The translations under genes were made by a program, and so were the position numbers. The notes below the pieces were generated by a model, which worked only from the letters and a program-made list of their open reading frames with translations, had not been told where the DNA came from and did not search any database. A stretch of 64,000 nucleotides of DNA from Ostreococcus lucimarinus. Its lineage: Eukaryota. The DNA lies in NCBI GenBank assembly GCA_000092065.1, contig CP000592.1; one strand, written 5' to 3'. Of this stretch, positions 40,052-50,110 are shown piece by piece (the first letter of the stretch is position 1; every line of letters begins with the position of its first letter).

Positions 40052-40939
40052 ATGGGCGGCGCGAAATCCGCCACGGTGACGATTTCGCCGGGCGTTGAGA
40101 TGCCGACGGTGGCGTTTGGGACGTTTAAGCTTCGCGGCGACGCGTGCCGCGACGCCGTGCGGGAGGCGCTGATGGTGGGCTTTCGCGCCGTCGACACGGC
40201 GAGTTGTTACCGCAACGAAGACGCCGTCGCGGACGCGTTGAAGAGCGCGCCGAGAAACGTTTGTGACGAAACGTGGATTACGACGAAATTAGCGCCGGAT
40301 GAGATGACGAGCGAAGAGGCGACAAATCGCGCGATCGATGGGATGGTGGCGCGGTTGGGACGGGCGCCGGATTTGTTGCTCGTCCACTGGCCTGGACGAT
40401 CGAAGGCGGCGCCCGAGAGCGACGCGCACGGTGAAGCGCGCAAAAGGACGTGGCGATGCATGGAAAACGCGTTAAGAAATCACAAGTGCCGCGCGATCGG
40501 GACTTCAAACTACGAGATCGCGCACATGCGCGAATTGCTGTCGTATTGCGACGTTCCGCCGGCGGTGAATCAAATCGAGATCCATCCGGCGTACCCGAAC
40601 ACCGAAGTCCGCGCGTACTGCGCGTCTCTCGTGCCTCGCGTGCACACGGTTGGATACTCACCGCTCGGTGTCGGTGAGTTGCTCGATCATCCAAGCGTGC
40701 GGGCGTTTGCCGACGCCATCGGTCTCGCCCCGGCGCCTGCGCTGATTCGATGGACGCTCTCAAACGATTGCTCCGTCGTCGTCAAATCCAGCTCGCGCGC
40801 GCACACCGAGGAAAACCTCACCGCCCTCTCCTCCACGCACACCGACGACGATACCATCGCACATCACGCCGCCATCCTCGAGCGCGCGTTCTCGAGTCAT
40901 CACAAAAAGTTTTGTTGGGATCCGCGCGTCGTGCGCTGA
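40052..40939 (+). CDS. Aldo-keto reductase family oxidoreductase
   Basis: MPTVAFGTFKLRGDACRDAVREALMVGFRAVDTASCYRNEDAVADAL..., LLLVHWP and IGTSNYEI fit the AKR TIM-barrel pattern with its catalytic Asp/Tyr/Lys/His context. Confidence 0.75.
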   Translation: MGGAKSATVTISPGVEMPTVAFGTFKLRGDACRDAVREALMVGFRAVDTASCYRNEDAVADALKSAPRNVCDETWITTKLAPDEMTSEEATNRAIDGMVARLGRAPDLLLVHWPGRSKAAPESDAHGEARKRTWRCMENALRNHKCRAIGTSNYEIAHMRELLSYCDVPPAVNQIEIHPAYPNTEVRAYCASLVPRVHTVGYSPLGVGELLDHPSVRAFADAIGLAPAPALIRWTLSNDCSVVVKSSSRAHTEENLTALSSTHTDDDTIAHHAAILERAFSSHHKKFCWDPRVVR

Positions 40940-41012
40940 TCGACGACGGCGTCGTCGTTCGCCTCGGCGCGAGACGACGCGCCCGCACTCTCCGACGCGC
41001 GCGCGCTCGAAC

Positions 41013-41735
41013 ATGCCTCCCAAAGATCCAAGCAAAAACAATTACGCCATTCTCTACGGCAAGTCCGCCGCTGGCGCGCAGTGCAAAGCGGGATCGAAGT
41101 GCTCAAACGAGACGTCGCCCGGGAAAATCATCCTCGGGCAACTGCGCTGGGACTCGAAGAGCGACAGATTCTCCGCGTCGTATCATCTCGGGTGCGTGAG
41201 CGAACAATCCGCCTTAAACTACCTCGAAAAATGGCGTCTGGAGCACCCGGGAGAAGAAGACGCGGGCGCGGTGGATGACTTTCCGGGTTTGAAAGAGTTG
41301 AAGGACGAGCACGTCGACGACGTCAAGGCGTGTCTGGAAAATTTGCTTCTCGGCGACGGCGTCGACGCGGAACAACGCGAGTGGTTGGAGACGGTGAGCG
41401 GCGGCGACGTCGCCGCGGCGAAGAAAAAGGCACCGGCCAAGAAAAAACCGGCGCCGAAGAAGAAACCGGCGCCGAAGAAGAAAACTACCAAGGCGAAAGA
41501 GCCCGCGAAGAAGCGCAAGGCGCCGGCCAAGAAATCGGCGCCGGCCAAGAAGAAACCCGCGGCCAAGAAGAAGAAGAAAGTCGAGGAAGAAGAAGCTGAA
41601 GACGACGAAGCCGAGGAAGAAGAAGAGATCGAGGAAGAAGAAGCCGAAGCCGAGGACGCCGAGGACGCCGAGGAAGAAGAAGATGAAGACGAAGAAGACG
41701 AAGAAGAGGCTGAAATCGCCTCGCCGCCGGCGTAA
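41013..41735 (+). CDS. DNA-binding protein with an N-terminal PARP-type zinc-finger-like domain, a linker-histone-like (AKKKP)n basic region and an acidic Glu/Asp tail
   Basis: NYAILYGKSAAGAQCKAGSKCSNETSPGKIILGQLRWDSKSDRFSASYHLGCV resembles zf-PARP (Y.I.YAKS..A.C..C...I..G.LR.......W.H..C). It is followed by KKAPAKKKPAPKKKPAPKKK... and then EEEAEDDEAEEEEE.... Confidence 0.5.
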   Translation: MPPKDPSKNNYAILYGKSAAGAQCKAGSKCSNETSPGKIILGQLRWDSKSDRFSASYHLGCVSEQSALNYLEKWRLEHPGEEDAGAVDDFPGLKELKDEHVDDVKACLENLLLGDGVDAEQREWLETVSGGDVAAAKKKAPAKKKPAPKKKPAPKKKTTKAKEPAKKRKAPAKKSAPAKKKPAAKKKKKVEEEEAEDDEAEEEEEIEEEEAEAEDAEDAEEEEDEDEEDEEEAEIASPPA

Positions 41736-42031
41736 TTCGCCTCGTTAGCTCCGCGCTCGCGCGCCGCGCGACTCCCCGCCGCTCTCGCCATCTTTACGCC
41801 GGCGATTCACTTCATCGGGCACCACGTTTGATTTCATTTTTGTGAGATGCGCACGCGCGCGCGCGAGCGCTTCGCCGACCGAAGCGACGTAGGGTTCACG
41901 CGCGCTGTTCAAACCCTCGCTCTTCGATCGGATCGCGCGCGTCACACCGCGCCGCGCGCCCGTCTCGCGCGTGAACCGCCCGCACGCTCGAGAGCGCGCA
42001 CGCACGAACGCGCCGCGCGAACGCACGCGCG

Positions 42032-42904
42032 ATGTCCGCCGACGCCGACGCCGAACAGTCGCTCGATGACTTTGACCCCACGCTGAAGAAGAAGAAGACG
42101 AAGAAGAAGGTCGCGCTCGATCTCGATCTCGACGGCGACGGCGACGGCGACGCGGGCGACGTCGCGGACGGCGTCGATAAATTGACCCTGGACGCGGACG
42201 ATGGAGAGTTCGGGAAGAAGAAGAAGAAGAAGAAGGACAAGACGGCGGACGAGGGCGAGGACTTGGACGCGGAGTTCGGGACGAAGAAGAAGAAGAAGAG
42301 CTCGAAAAAGAAGACGGTGGAGCTGGAGGACGGAGAAGAGGCAGACGTGTACGCTGGTGAGGGACGAGATGGGACGAACACGGGGAGCGGAACGTCGTGG
42401 GATGGTACGACGCGGGATTACCATTACGACGAAATGTTGGGACGCGTGTTTGGCATTTTGAGGGAAAAGAATCCGCAGTTGAGCGAAAAATCGAAGACGA
42501 TCATCAAGCCGCCGCAGGTGCTGAGAGAAGGGACAAAAAAGACGGTATTTGCGAACTTGATGGAGATTTGTAACGCGATGCATCGACCGAGTGAACACGT
42601 GACGCAGTACTTGTTGGCCGAGCTGGGGACGAGCGGAACGTTGGACGGACAACAGCGTTTGGTGCTCAAGGGAAGGTTTTTGCCCAAGGTTTTCGAGGGC
42701 GTGTTGCGGCATTACTTCATCGATTACGTCATTTGCAATATGTGCAAATCTTCGGATACGCAGTTGGTGAAGGAGCAGTCGTCCCGTTTGTCGTATTGCC
42801 GATGCCAAGCGTGCGGTGCGTCGCGTTCAGTAGGATCGATCGCCAGCGGCTTCCGCGCCGTCGGAAAGGGCGAACGACGCAAAGCGAGAAACGCCACGGG
42901 CTAG
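42032..42904 (+). CDS. EIF2S2: Translation initiation factor eIF2 beta subunit
   Basis: Three N-terminal lysine boxes (KKKKTKKK, GKKKKKKKDK, TKKKKKSSKKK) are present, with the conserved core YDEMLGRVFGILREKNPQL...KKTVFANLMEICNAMHRPSEHVTQYLLAELGTSG and a C4 zinc finger CNMC...CRCQAC. Confidence 0.88.
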   Translation: MSADADAEQSLDDFDPTLKKKKTKKKVALDLDLDGDGDGDAGDVADGVDKLTLDADDGEFGKKKKKKKDKTADEGEDLDAEFGTKKKKKSSKKKTVELEDGEEADVYAGEGRDGTNTGSGTSWDGTTRDYHYDEMLGRVFGILREKNPQLSEKSKTIIKPPQVLREGTKKTVFANLMEICNAMHRPSEHVTQYLLAELGTSGTLDGQQRLVLKGRFLPKVFEGVLRHYFIDYVICNMCKSSDTQLVKEQSSRLSYCRCQACGASRSVGSIASGFRAVGKGERRKARNATG

Positions 42905-42970
42905 TGATGATGTTGAACATTGTTTCCTTTTTCTCAATACAAATCTAACGAACAGAATCTAAAACGTTTT

Positions 42971-45900
42971 CTATTCGACGTCCTCCTTTAAGTCGCACCC
43001 AGCTTGGCTCTTCTCCGAGTCCGGGTTCATCGCGCACTTCCACTGAGCGTCGTCGCTGAGCGTGTCCATGTAAGTTTGCGGTACAATGCGCCACTTTTGG
43101 CACGAGTCGCATTGAATCCAAGACGTCTTTGGTTTTGGCTTCGGCGGCGATTTGGCATTTTGCGATCGTGGCGCCGAGGACCCTTTGCGTACGATCGGCG
43201 CCGCACCCCAGCGGACTGTTTGCATCGCGACTTGTAAAATTTCCTTGTTGCCGTCGTCGTAAACGACCTCGTGCTCGCCAGATTCTGGTCTGAAACCCTC
43301 GACGGTGCCGTAATAGAAGCACTCGTCGCCGGGCCAGAAGACTTCGATTTCACGCTTGACACACTTTGTGCCCAAGACTTCTCCGATGGATTTGAGAAGC
43401 TTGCTCACTGAGTCGCCGAATTTGAAGTCGGCGTCGAGAGCGCGGACGGATTGACGCCACTTCTTCGCCGTACCCTTGCCGCTGAGACGCTCGAACTCTG
43501 TGGCGGGAATTGTGAGCTCGTCGACGATGCACCGCTCTCGCTCACGACGCATGACGCAGTATCGCACCATTTCTTCGCCGCGCTTGCCTCCCGGAAGTAA
43601 AACGCCTCGCATACCGCCGCAGCCGATGGGAATCGGCTTCAGAGCAAATATGAGGCCGCCTTCGGCATCCGGCACCTTGACCGATTCGGGGCCGCCGAAT
43701 GGTTCCCACATCTTCGGTAACCATCTTATGGTGGCCAAGGGAAGATGAATCTTCTCTAATTCCTCCTTGCCAAAGTACTGAATTTCGTGCGAACCAGAGA
43801 CGTCGTCAAAGCTCACAATCTTCGCGGGGAAAAATTGCATGGCGGTCCCGTGCGGGAGAATGTCCACATTGTTACCGATCGCGCCGCGACCAATAGCAAG
43901 TCCGCGCTCTGCAAGATAATGAATGATGGGATTACCCTTCATCTCGCCGGCACCGTTGTATTTCACCTCTTCTTGCCAGTGACCCTTGCGCTTGGCGAGT
44001 TTCATGAATTCTTCCATCGTCATCTCGCTCGTCGATTTCTTCTTGGCATCTGTGTGCAGCACGACAAGATGACCACCAGTCAAGACACCTTCGAGTCCAC
44101 CACACACGATGGGCACAGCGCTTCCTCGAACGACGCACGGCGCCTCGAGTTCGAGCTTGAACTCAGCCGCCGCCATCTCTGCCATCTTTGCCGCGCTGTG
44201 CTTGGACCGCGGCTTCTTCTTTGATACTGTAAACTCTTCATCTTCGTCATCTTCGTCACCTTCGGAGTCATATTCGGATTCGGATTCTATTTCGTCTTCG
44301 GAATCAAAGTCATCGTCATCGTCATCATCATCCTCGTCCACCTCGGCGAACTTTTTCTTCGCCTTGTTCGCGGCAGCACGTTTGACGATCTTACCTCCCT
44401 TCTTCGGGGTCTCATCCTTGCCTTTCTTTCCCTTGGCTTTAGTCTTCGCCTTGGCCTTCGCCTTGGCCTTCGCCTTGGCCTTTGCGGCATCTTCCTTCGC
44501 TTTGGCTTCCTTTTCCGCGGCGTCCTTTTCGGCTTGCTTCGCTTGTTCGAGCCTCGCTTCGACCAATTCCATCGCCGCGAGCTCGTCAGGATCCGGACCA
44601 GCTTGCAAGTAAAGTTTACTATCCTCGGGTAATTTCGTCGTGATCGACAACTTGGGGATGTAAGGCTCGTTGAATTTGAGTAACTCGTCGCATGCTATTC
44701 CGACTTGCGCCGAAATCTGCTCGAGCGTCATCTTTTCGCTGAGAACGAAGACACGATAGCCGTTGGACACCATTTCGGACGATACGACGGCCGCCGCACG
44801 ACCGCGTTTGCCACTCTCCTTCTCCGACTTTTCGCTCGGCTTTCGACCGGCTTTTTCCTTGGAGGGCTCAAGGCGAGTAGGAAGACCGTCGGGCCATCGA
44901 GTTTGTTGCAGGCAGAAGTACACCCACTCGCGGTTACCGTCGTTGTACAGGATTTCGTGCTCGCCCGAATCAGACTTGTAATCGATAACTTCGCCGGGGT
45001 AGTACTGCTCAATTTCTGGGAACCACATCTCGAGGCAACGGCCGATGACACTTTCGCGGTACACCATGCCTTCATCGCGCAAGAACTTTCCAATTGGCGG
45101 ACCTCGCTTGCTGTCGTCCGTGATCTCGCGAGCTGGAATGTCGACGCCGAGTCGAATGGATTGACGCCATTTGCGAGTGGAACCGCGACCTCCCAATCTC
45201 TCGAATTCAACCGCCGGTACGACGTGCTTCTTGCCTTCAGAATCCATAAACTCGACGCTTTCATCGCCGCGTTTAACACCCGGGCGCAAGAAACCATCAA
45301 GATCACCGCATTGAACTTTAACCTCTTGCTCGTTGAGGACAAACTGCGAAGACGTGGCCCGAGATTGTTTCGGGGCTTCTTGCGACAGCTCGCCCTTTGG
45401 CTTCGGTGGCACCTTGGCCTTGGCGGATAATCGAAGCGACGCAAGCTCAACGTTTTCGGGAAATTTGTGATGAAGTTCAAGATCCAAAGCACCGTCGCGT
45501 TCAAGTGAAATAACGCCGAGCGTGAAACCTAAATCCTCACCCAAATCCGACGTCCAGCGCGTCCGCATATCCGTCAATAACTGCGACCCGGCGTGGCCGC
45601 GCGCGATTCTCACCTTGAGCATCATCGCAGGACAATGTTCACCGGTCTTTGTCGCGCCGACCAAGTCCAAACCGCGGAGAATAGCGTTCTTAATGGCATC
45701 AAGCGAACTCTTGGAGATTTTGCCGCCATGCACTGCAGGGATGGGCGGGGGTGCGCCTCGACGTGCCGGAGCGCGATCGCCCGTCGTAAGATCGGCGGCG
45801 AGGAACGAGTCGGAGGGCATACCGTCGCCACGACGCGCAGTTCGTGCGTTACGTTCAGCCGCACGAATGCGTTCTTCTTCGTCAACTTTTGCCGCCTTCT

Positions 45901-48900
45901 TGGCTTGGTCTTCTGCTTGCTTACGCGAAGCCGCGATCTTCTTTTCCAAAAGCGGGCGGACGCGTTTGAACATCTCCGTGACAATTTCGTCGCGTTCAGA
46001 CGGCAAGAGATCCTTTTGACGCAATCCTTTGAGACCGCGGCCGAGAACACTGACCTCGCCTTCGTTGAGCATCTGAGAGGCACCGGGTAAGCCCATCGCA
46101 ACCGCAGCTAAGGCTGCTTCGCGATCTTCTTGAACGCGCTTGATTCGCTCGTCTTCCGTCATCTCATCGAGAGTCTTGCGCGGCGGCGGCGCGAGCCAAA
46201 GTCGCGTACCCTCGAGTAAGTACGTACCCTTACCGTAGAACGCACCCGGCACCCAACCCGTGTTCCAGTCGATGATATCTTTCCAGTCGACGTTGTGCAT
46301 TTCAGACACGGCCGCGACGTTTTCTCCATTTCTGGTGTAGTAACACAACACGCCGCGCATCTCCAACAACTCACCCGGTTGCGGTTCGATCAATTCATCG
46401 GATGCCTTCGATTTCTTCTTTTTCTTACCACCCTTCTTCGGTCCTTCGTTGCGAAGCAAGAACTGAACGAGATCGGTGAACGTTGCGTGCGCCAACGGTT
46501 TGGTGCGCGTGCCGTTCTCCACCGGAAGCTCGAGCTCGGCATCGCGGTCCTCAATCCAGTGATCGGTAATGGCGACTTTCTTGCCGATTGACCAGCCCTC
46601 AGCAGTTTTACCGTACTCTTCTGCGATATGCGTCGAAGCCCACTTGGAGCACTCCTTGTCGCAGTGAATGAAGCACGCTTGCGCCGGGTGGTTTTGGCCC
46701 AAGTCTTGAAATCGCTTGCACTTGCCGATGATTTCTGCGGTGTTCGGCAAGTGATCTTCGCAGAAAGCTCTCGGACATGCTTCGCAACGGAAAAGGATAC
46801 CACCTACTGCCGCCGCCTTGCGGCCGCATTCGTGGCACGAGTGATGCGGGCAAGACCACCGATGGTATCGCGTGATATCCTTGATTGTGATCCCTATGCA
46901 GTCTGGGTGCACCGAGACCGGACACAAGTCGCAACACACGATTTCACCTCCATCCCAGCACGACTGACACACTGAACTATGACCGTAATCTCTCCCCGCG
47001 ATTTGAGATCGCGGCTTCTTCGACTCCGGGCCAGTTTTTACCTTGGTTCGAGCTTCGCGCGCGTGCACAGACGGTTCGCCATCCTCCATGTTGTAATTGT
47101 TCGCCTTGAGCACAGTGTGCCCGTCGATTTCAATCGTCGTCTTCGTTCGAGAACGCTTACCCATCATAACGTTGGCGTTGAACTCTGCAGCGATGTCTTT
47201 GACTGATTTGTACTTGTTAGCCTTGGCTTCGCTCACAGCGTCGGCGCTCACGCCCATGTCGTTGGCGATCGCCTCGGGAAGCATGAAGGTGGAGATGGGC
47301 GCCGCTTCAGCCTTGCCTTCGATGTAGTCTTCGGCGGTCGTCACATCGGTTTGGAGGTCACCGAGCTTTTTACGTCGCTTTTCGCCCGCGGGTGTGCGGT
47401 CCATGAGAATGTCCAATTCCTCATCGGTTGGAGGATCGCCGCTCGCTTTACTGAAGACGGCGTCAACTCCAAATCGTAACATGGCGTACAAATCGTTCCT
47501 ATCGAGGTTATCCGATTGTTCTGCAGCCTTCGTGGAACCTCGTGAAACCATTTGATCCAAGAAAAGCTTCTTCTCCGCGCGCTGCGTCATGCGCTCTTCG
47601 ACAGTACCCGCAGTGACAAGTCGGTAAATGTGCACCATCTTCTTCTGACCGATGCGGTGCACGCGAGCCATCGCTTGAAGATCCACTTGAGGGTTCCAAT
47701 CGCTATCGAACAAGATGCACGTGTCCGCAGTCTGAAGGTTTACACCTAAACCACCGGCACGGGTGGAGAGCAAGAACGCAAACATGGGTGAATCTGGACG
47801 GTTGAAGGCGGCGATGTCGATGGAACGCTGCACGCGATTCGTCGACCCGTCCAAACGAGCGTAGGTGTACCCTCTCAAAGTCAAGAAATCTTGTAAGATG
47901 TCGAGCATGGAAGTAAACTGTGAGAACAACACCACTCTATGTCCGCCTTCTTTTAACTTTTGCAACATTCTGTCGAGCACGGCGAGTTTACCAGACGCCG
48001 AGATGAGATCCTCGATCGGCACGCCATCTTCGGGCACGTCAGTACCGGTGAACAAAAACGGATGATTGCAGCACTTTCGCAATTGCATCAACAACGAATT
48101 GAGCTTTTGGAAGTTATCCGCACCACCTTCGCCTTTGGTCGCCTTTTCGAGCGACTGCAAAGCCGTCGCTTCCCGAAGCAAGAGTCGTCGATACCAAAAC
48201 GTCTGTGCCTCGGACAACGGGCACATAATCTTCGTCTCTGTCTTTGGTGGAAGCGACACTTCAACCTCACCCTTGACGCGGCGTAAAATGAATGGACGCA
48301 TCAGAAAGTGTGCTTTTTCCAGTAAGTTTGAGTCAACCTTGTGTTCTGAGGTGTTCAAATTGAACGCCTTATCGAATGGTTCGCTTGACGTGAAGACGTC
48401 GGGATGCAAAAAGGAAAGAATGGCGTACAGCTCGTGCAAGTTGTTTTGGATAGGCGTACCAGTCAACAGAAGCGTGTGTTGACGTTTGATGCGCTTTAGC
48501 ACTTGATGCGCCGCCGTTTCTTCGTTCTTCACGCGATGACCTTCGTCAAGAATCAAGCAACGCCACATGACCTTTTGTGTCAACGTCACGTTGAACGCCG
48601 GGTTACACGCCATCTCGTACGTCGTCACGGCGACGTCGTAGGATTCGGTGTTCGGCACCACTTCTTTTCGCAAACGAACACGTTCATTTTCGTCGCCGGA
48701 ATGCAAGCGCACGACGCGGAACGACGGCGCCCATTTTTGCAACTCGTCCATCCATGACGAGAGCACGGAGAGCGGGCACACGACCAAGTGCGGTCCGTTG
48801 GCGTGACGCATCTCCTTTATGCACGCCAAGAACGAAATCGACTGTAACGTTTTACCTAAACCCATCTCATCCGCCAAGATGCACGAGCATCCTTGATCGT

Positions 48901-49606
48901 ACATTCCGACGTTCCATCGCAAACCTTCCAATTGATACTCGCGCAACACCGCCTTGATCATCGCGGGTTGGTTCTCCACGGGCATGAGCACTTTTTGCGG
49001 ACCTTTCTGCGACGCCTCGTACGCTTCGGCGCGATCGAGGATGGCGTTTTTCACCTGTGGCGTGATGAACGGGTCCAAGGCCTTCATCTGCGCCTGTAAG
49101 TACTTGGACCGACGCATGTGCGCGTCCTCAATCGCTTTGGAAATTTCTCGATTATTCTTCGCGCACTTGACCTCCTCATCCGTCGCCACCTTCGGCACTC
49201 TGGGCTTCTTTCGCACGTACTGTCTGCGGACCTTGGTCGGTTCAAACACGTACTGCGTTCGCCCCGCCTCTTCCTCTGTCCCATCCTCTCCCGCCCCGAG
49301 CTCCTTGTCGAACACGCTCGGCTCGCCCTCGGTCAACGAGTAATTATTCGACCTCAACACCGGCTCCCCATCGATCATGATCACCCGCGCTTTCGTCTTC
49401 CGTCCGCTCCTTCGCGCCCCCAACGCCTCCGCGAGCACATCCGGCGGTATCTCGTTCGCCCAATCCGCTTCCCGCTCTCGTTTCGTCGTCGTCTCGCCGC
49501 CTCGCGCCCCGACCGCCGTCCCCGGAAGTCCATCGCTCGTCCCCCCTCCCTCCGTCTTCACCGCCGCGTTCGCCCCCCCCCCGCGATCACTCTCCGCGCG
49601 CATCAT
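42971..49606 (-). CDS. Intronless 2211-aa SNF2-family chromatin remodeler (CHD/ISWI-like ATPase core) carrying a PHD-type finger, a Lys/Ala H1-like segment, an acidic tract, three Tudor/Agenet-like repeats and a C-terminal zf-CW domain
   Basis: The ATPase core shows LREYQLEGLRWNV...ILADEMGLGKTLQSISFL, DEGHRVKNE, CCNHPFLF and DSDWNPQVDLQAMARVHRIGQKK. A Cys/His finger follows (CQSCWDGGEIVCCDLCPVSVHPDC...W.CP.H.C..C). Three repeats fit the pattern W/FP..........Y.G.V....SGEHE..Y.DGN.E.... The C-terminus WIQCDSCQKWRIVP...WKC is a zf-CW. Confidence 0.8.
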   Translation of the reverse strand: MMRAESDRGGGANAAVKTEGGGTSDGLPGTAVGARGGETTTKREREADWANEIPPDVLAEALGARRSGRKTKARVIMIDGEPVLRSNNYSLTEGEPSVFDKELGAGEDGTEEEAGRTQYVFEPTKVRRQYVRKKPRVPKVATDEEVKCAKNNREISKAIEDAHMRRSKYLQAQMKALDPFITPQVKNAILDRAEAYEASQKGPQKVLMPVENQPAMIKAVLREYQLEGLRWNVGMYDQGCSCILADEMGLGKTLQSISFLACIKEMRHANGPHLVVCPLSVLSSWMDELQKWAPSFRVVRLHSGDENERVRLRKEVVPNTESYDVAVTTYEMACNPAFNVTLTQKVMWRCLILDEGHRVKNEETAAHQVLKRIKRQHTLLLTGTPIQNNLHELYAILSFLHPDVFTSSEPFDKAFNLNTSEHKVDSNLLEKAHFLMRPFILRRVKGEVEVSLPPKTETKIMCPLSEAQTFWYRRLLLREATALQSLEKATKGEGGADNFQKLNSLLMQLRKCCNHPFLFTGTDVPEDGVPIEDLISASGKLAVLDRMLQKLKEGGHRVVLFSQFTSMLDILQDFLTLRGYTYARLDGSTNRVQRSIDIAAFNRPDSPMFAFLLSTRAGGLGVNLQTADTCILFDSDWNPQVDLQAMARVHRIGQKKMVHIYRLVTAGTVEERMTQRAEKKLFLDQMVSRGSTKAAEQSDNLDRNDLYAMLRFGVDAVFSKASGDPPTDEELDILMDRTPAGEKRRKKLGDLQTDVTTAEDYIEGKAEAAPISTFMLPEAIANDMGVSADAVSEAKANKYKSVKDIAAEFNANVMMGKRSRTKTTIEIDGHTVLKANNYNMEDGEPSVHAREARTKVKTGPESKKPRSQIAGRDYGHSSVCQSCWDGGEIVCCDLCPVSVHPDCIGITIKDITRYHRWSCPHHSCHECGRKAAAVGGILFRCEACPRAFCEDHLPNTAEIIGKCKRFQDLGQNHPAQACFIHCDKECSKWASTHIAEEYGKTAEGWSIGKKVAITDHWIEDRDAELELPVENGTRTKPLAHATFTDLVQFLLRNEGPKKGGKKKKKSKASDELIEPQPGELLEMRGVLCYYTRNGENVAAVSEMHNVDWKDIIDWNTGWVPGAFYGKGTYLLEGTRLWLAPPPRKTLDEMTEDERIKRVQEDREAALAAVAMGLPGASQMLNEGEVSVLGRGLKGLRQKDLLPSERDEIVTEMFKRVRPLLEKKIAASRKQAEDQAKKAAKVDEEERIRAAERNARTARRGDGMPSDSFLAADLTTGDRAPARRGAPPPIPAVHGGKISKSSLDAIKNAILRGLDLVGATKTGEHCPAMMLKVRIARGHAGSQLLTDMRTRWTSDLGEDLGFTLGVISLERDGALDLELHHKFPENVELASLRLSAKAKVPPKPKGELSQEAPKQSRATSSQFVLNEQEVKVQCGDLDGFLRPGVKRGDESVEFMDSEGKKHVVPAVEFERLGGRGSTRKWRQSIRLGVDIPAREITDDSKRGPPIGKFLRDEGMVYRESVIGRCLEMWFPEIEQYYPGEVIDYKSDSGEHEILYNDGNREWVYFCLQQTRWPDGLPTRLEPSKEKAGRKPSEKSEKESGKRGRAAAVVSSEMVSNGYRVFVLSEKMTLEQISAQVGIACDELLKFNEPYIPKLSITTKLPEDSKLYLQAGPDPDELAAMELVEARLEQAKQAEKDAAEKEAKAKEDAAKAKAKAKAKAKAKTKAKGKKGKDETPKKGGKIVKRAAANKAKKKFAEVDEDDDDDDDDFDSEDEIESESEYDSEGDEDDEDEEFTVSKKKPRSKHSAAKMAEMAAAEFKLELEAPCVVRGSAVPIVCGGLEGVLTGGHLVVLHTDAKKKSTSEMTMEEFMKLAKRKGHWQEEVKYNGAGEMKGNPIIHYLAERGLAIGRGAIGNNVDILPHGTAMQFFPAKIVSFDDVSGSHEIQYFGKEELEKIHLPLATIRWLPKMWEPFGGPESVKVPDAEGGLIFALKPIPIGCGGMRGVLLPGGKRGEEMVRYCVMRRERERCIVDELTIPATEFERLSGKGTAKKWRQSVRALDADFKFGDSVSKLLKSIGEVLGTKCVKREIEVFWPGDECFYYGTVEGFRPESGEHEVVYDDGNKEILQVAMQTVRWGAAPIVRKGSSAPRSQNAKSPPKPKPKTSWIQCDSCQKWRIVPQTYMDTLSDDAQWKCAMNPDSEKSQAGCDLKEDVE

Positions 49607-50110
49607 CCTCCCGCGCTTCCGAGACGTCCCGATTCGCGCTCACGCGCGAATTCGCGCGCAAGATGCGTCGAACGCGCGCGTCGCGAGATCAACCCTCGCG
49701 CGCGGTCGCGGCGTCGGACCGGTCGGTCGTCGCGTCGCGTCGACGCGTCGCGGCGGCGCGTCGCGTCGAGGCGCGCGCGCGTCGAGGCGCGCGCGCGCGC
49801 GGATTCCGAGCCGTTCGTCGAGCGTCGGCGCGGCGGCGCGGCGTCGTCGACGTGTGCCGCGACGATCGCGCGGCGACGGGGCGCGCGCCGCGCGCGCGAT
49901 GCCGCGGTGATTTTGATCGAATTCGTATGTGGTTTTATACGACTTTGTGGAAACGTTGTCTCTGAGTTATACATGACTGAATGTGCATACACGTATGTCC
50001 GAAATACGACGGCACGATAAAACCAACCTTCGCAACACCCTTCACTCGACGGCTTCACTCGACGACGCCGAGCGACGCCGAGGGACGCGCGAACGCGGAC
50101 GAACGCGGAC

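Noticed and set aside
41440-41480. 18-nt tandem repeat ccggcgccgaagaagaaa x2 and the (AAG)n runs in 42090-42300
   Set aside because: These are coding repeats for the PAPKKK units of the H1-like tail and the canonical lysine boxes of eIF2 beta. They are protein features, not standalone repeat elements.
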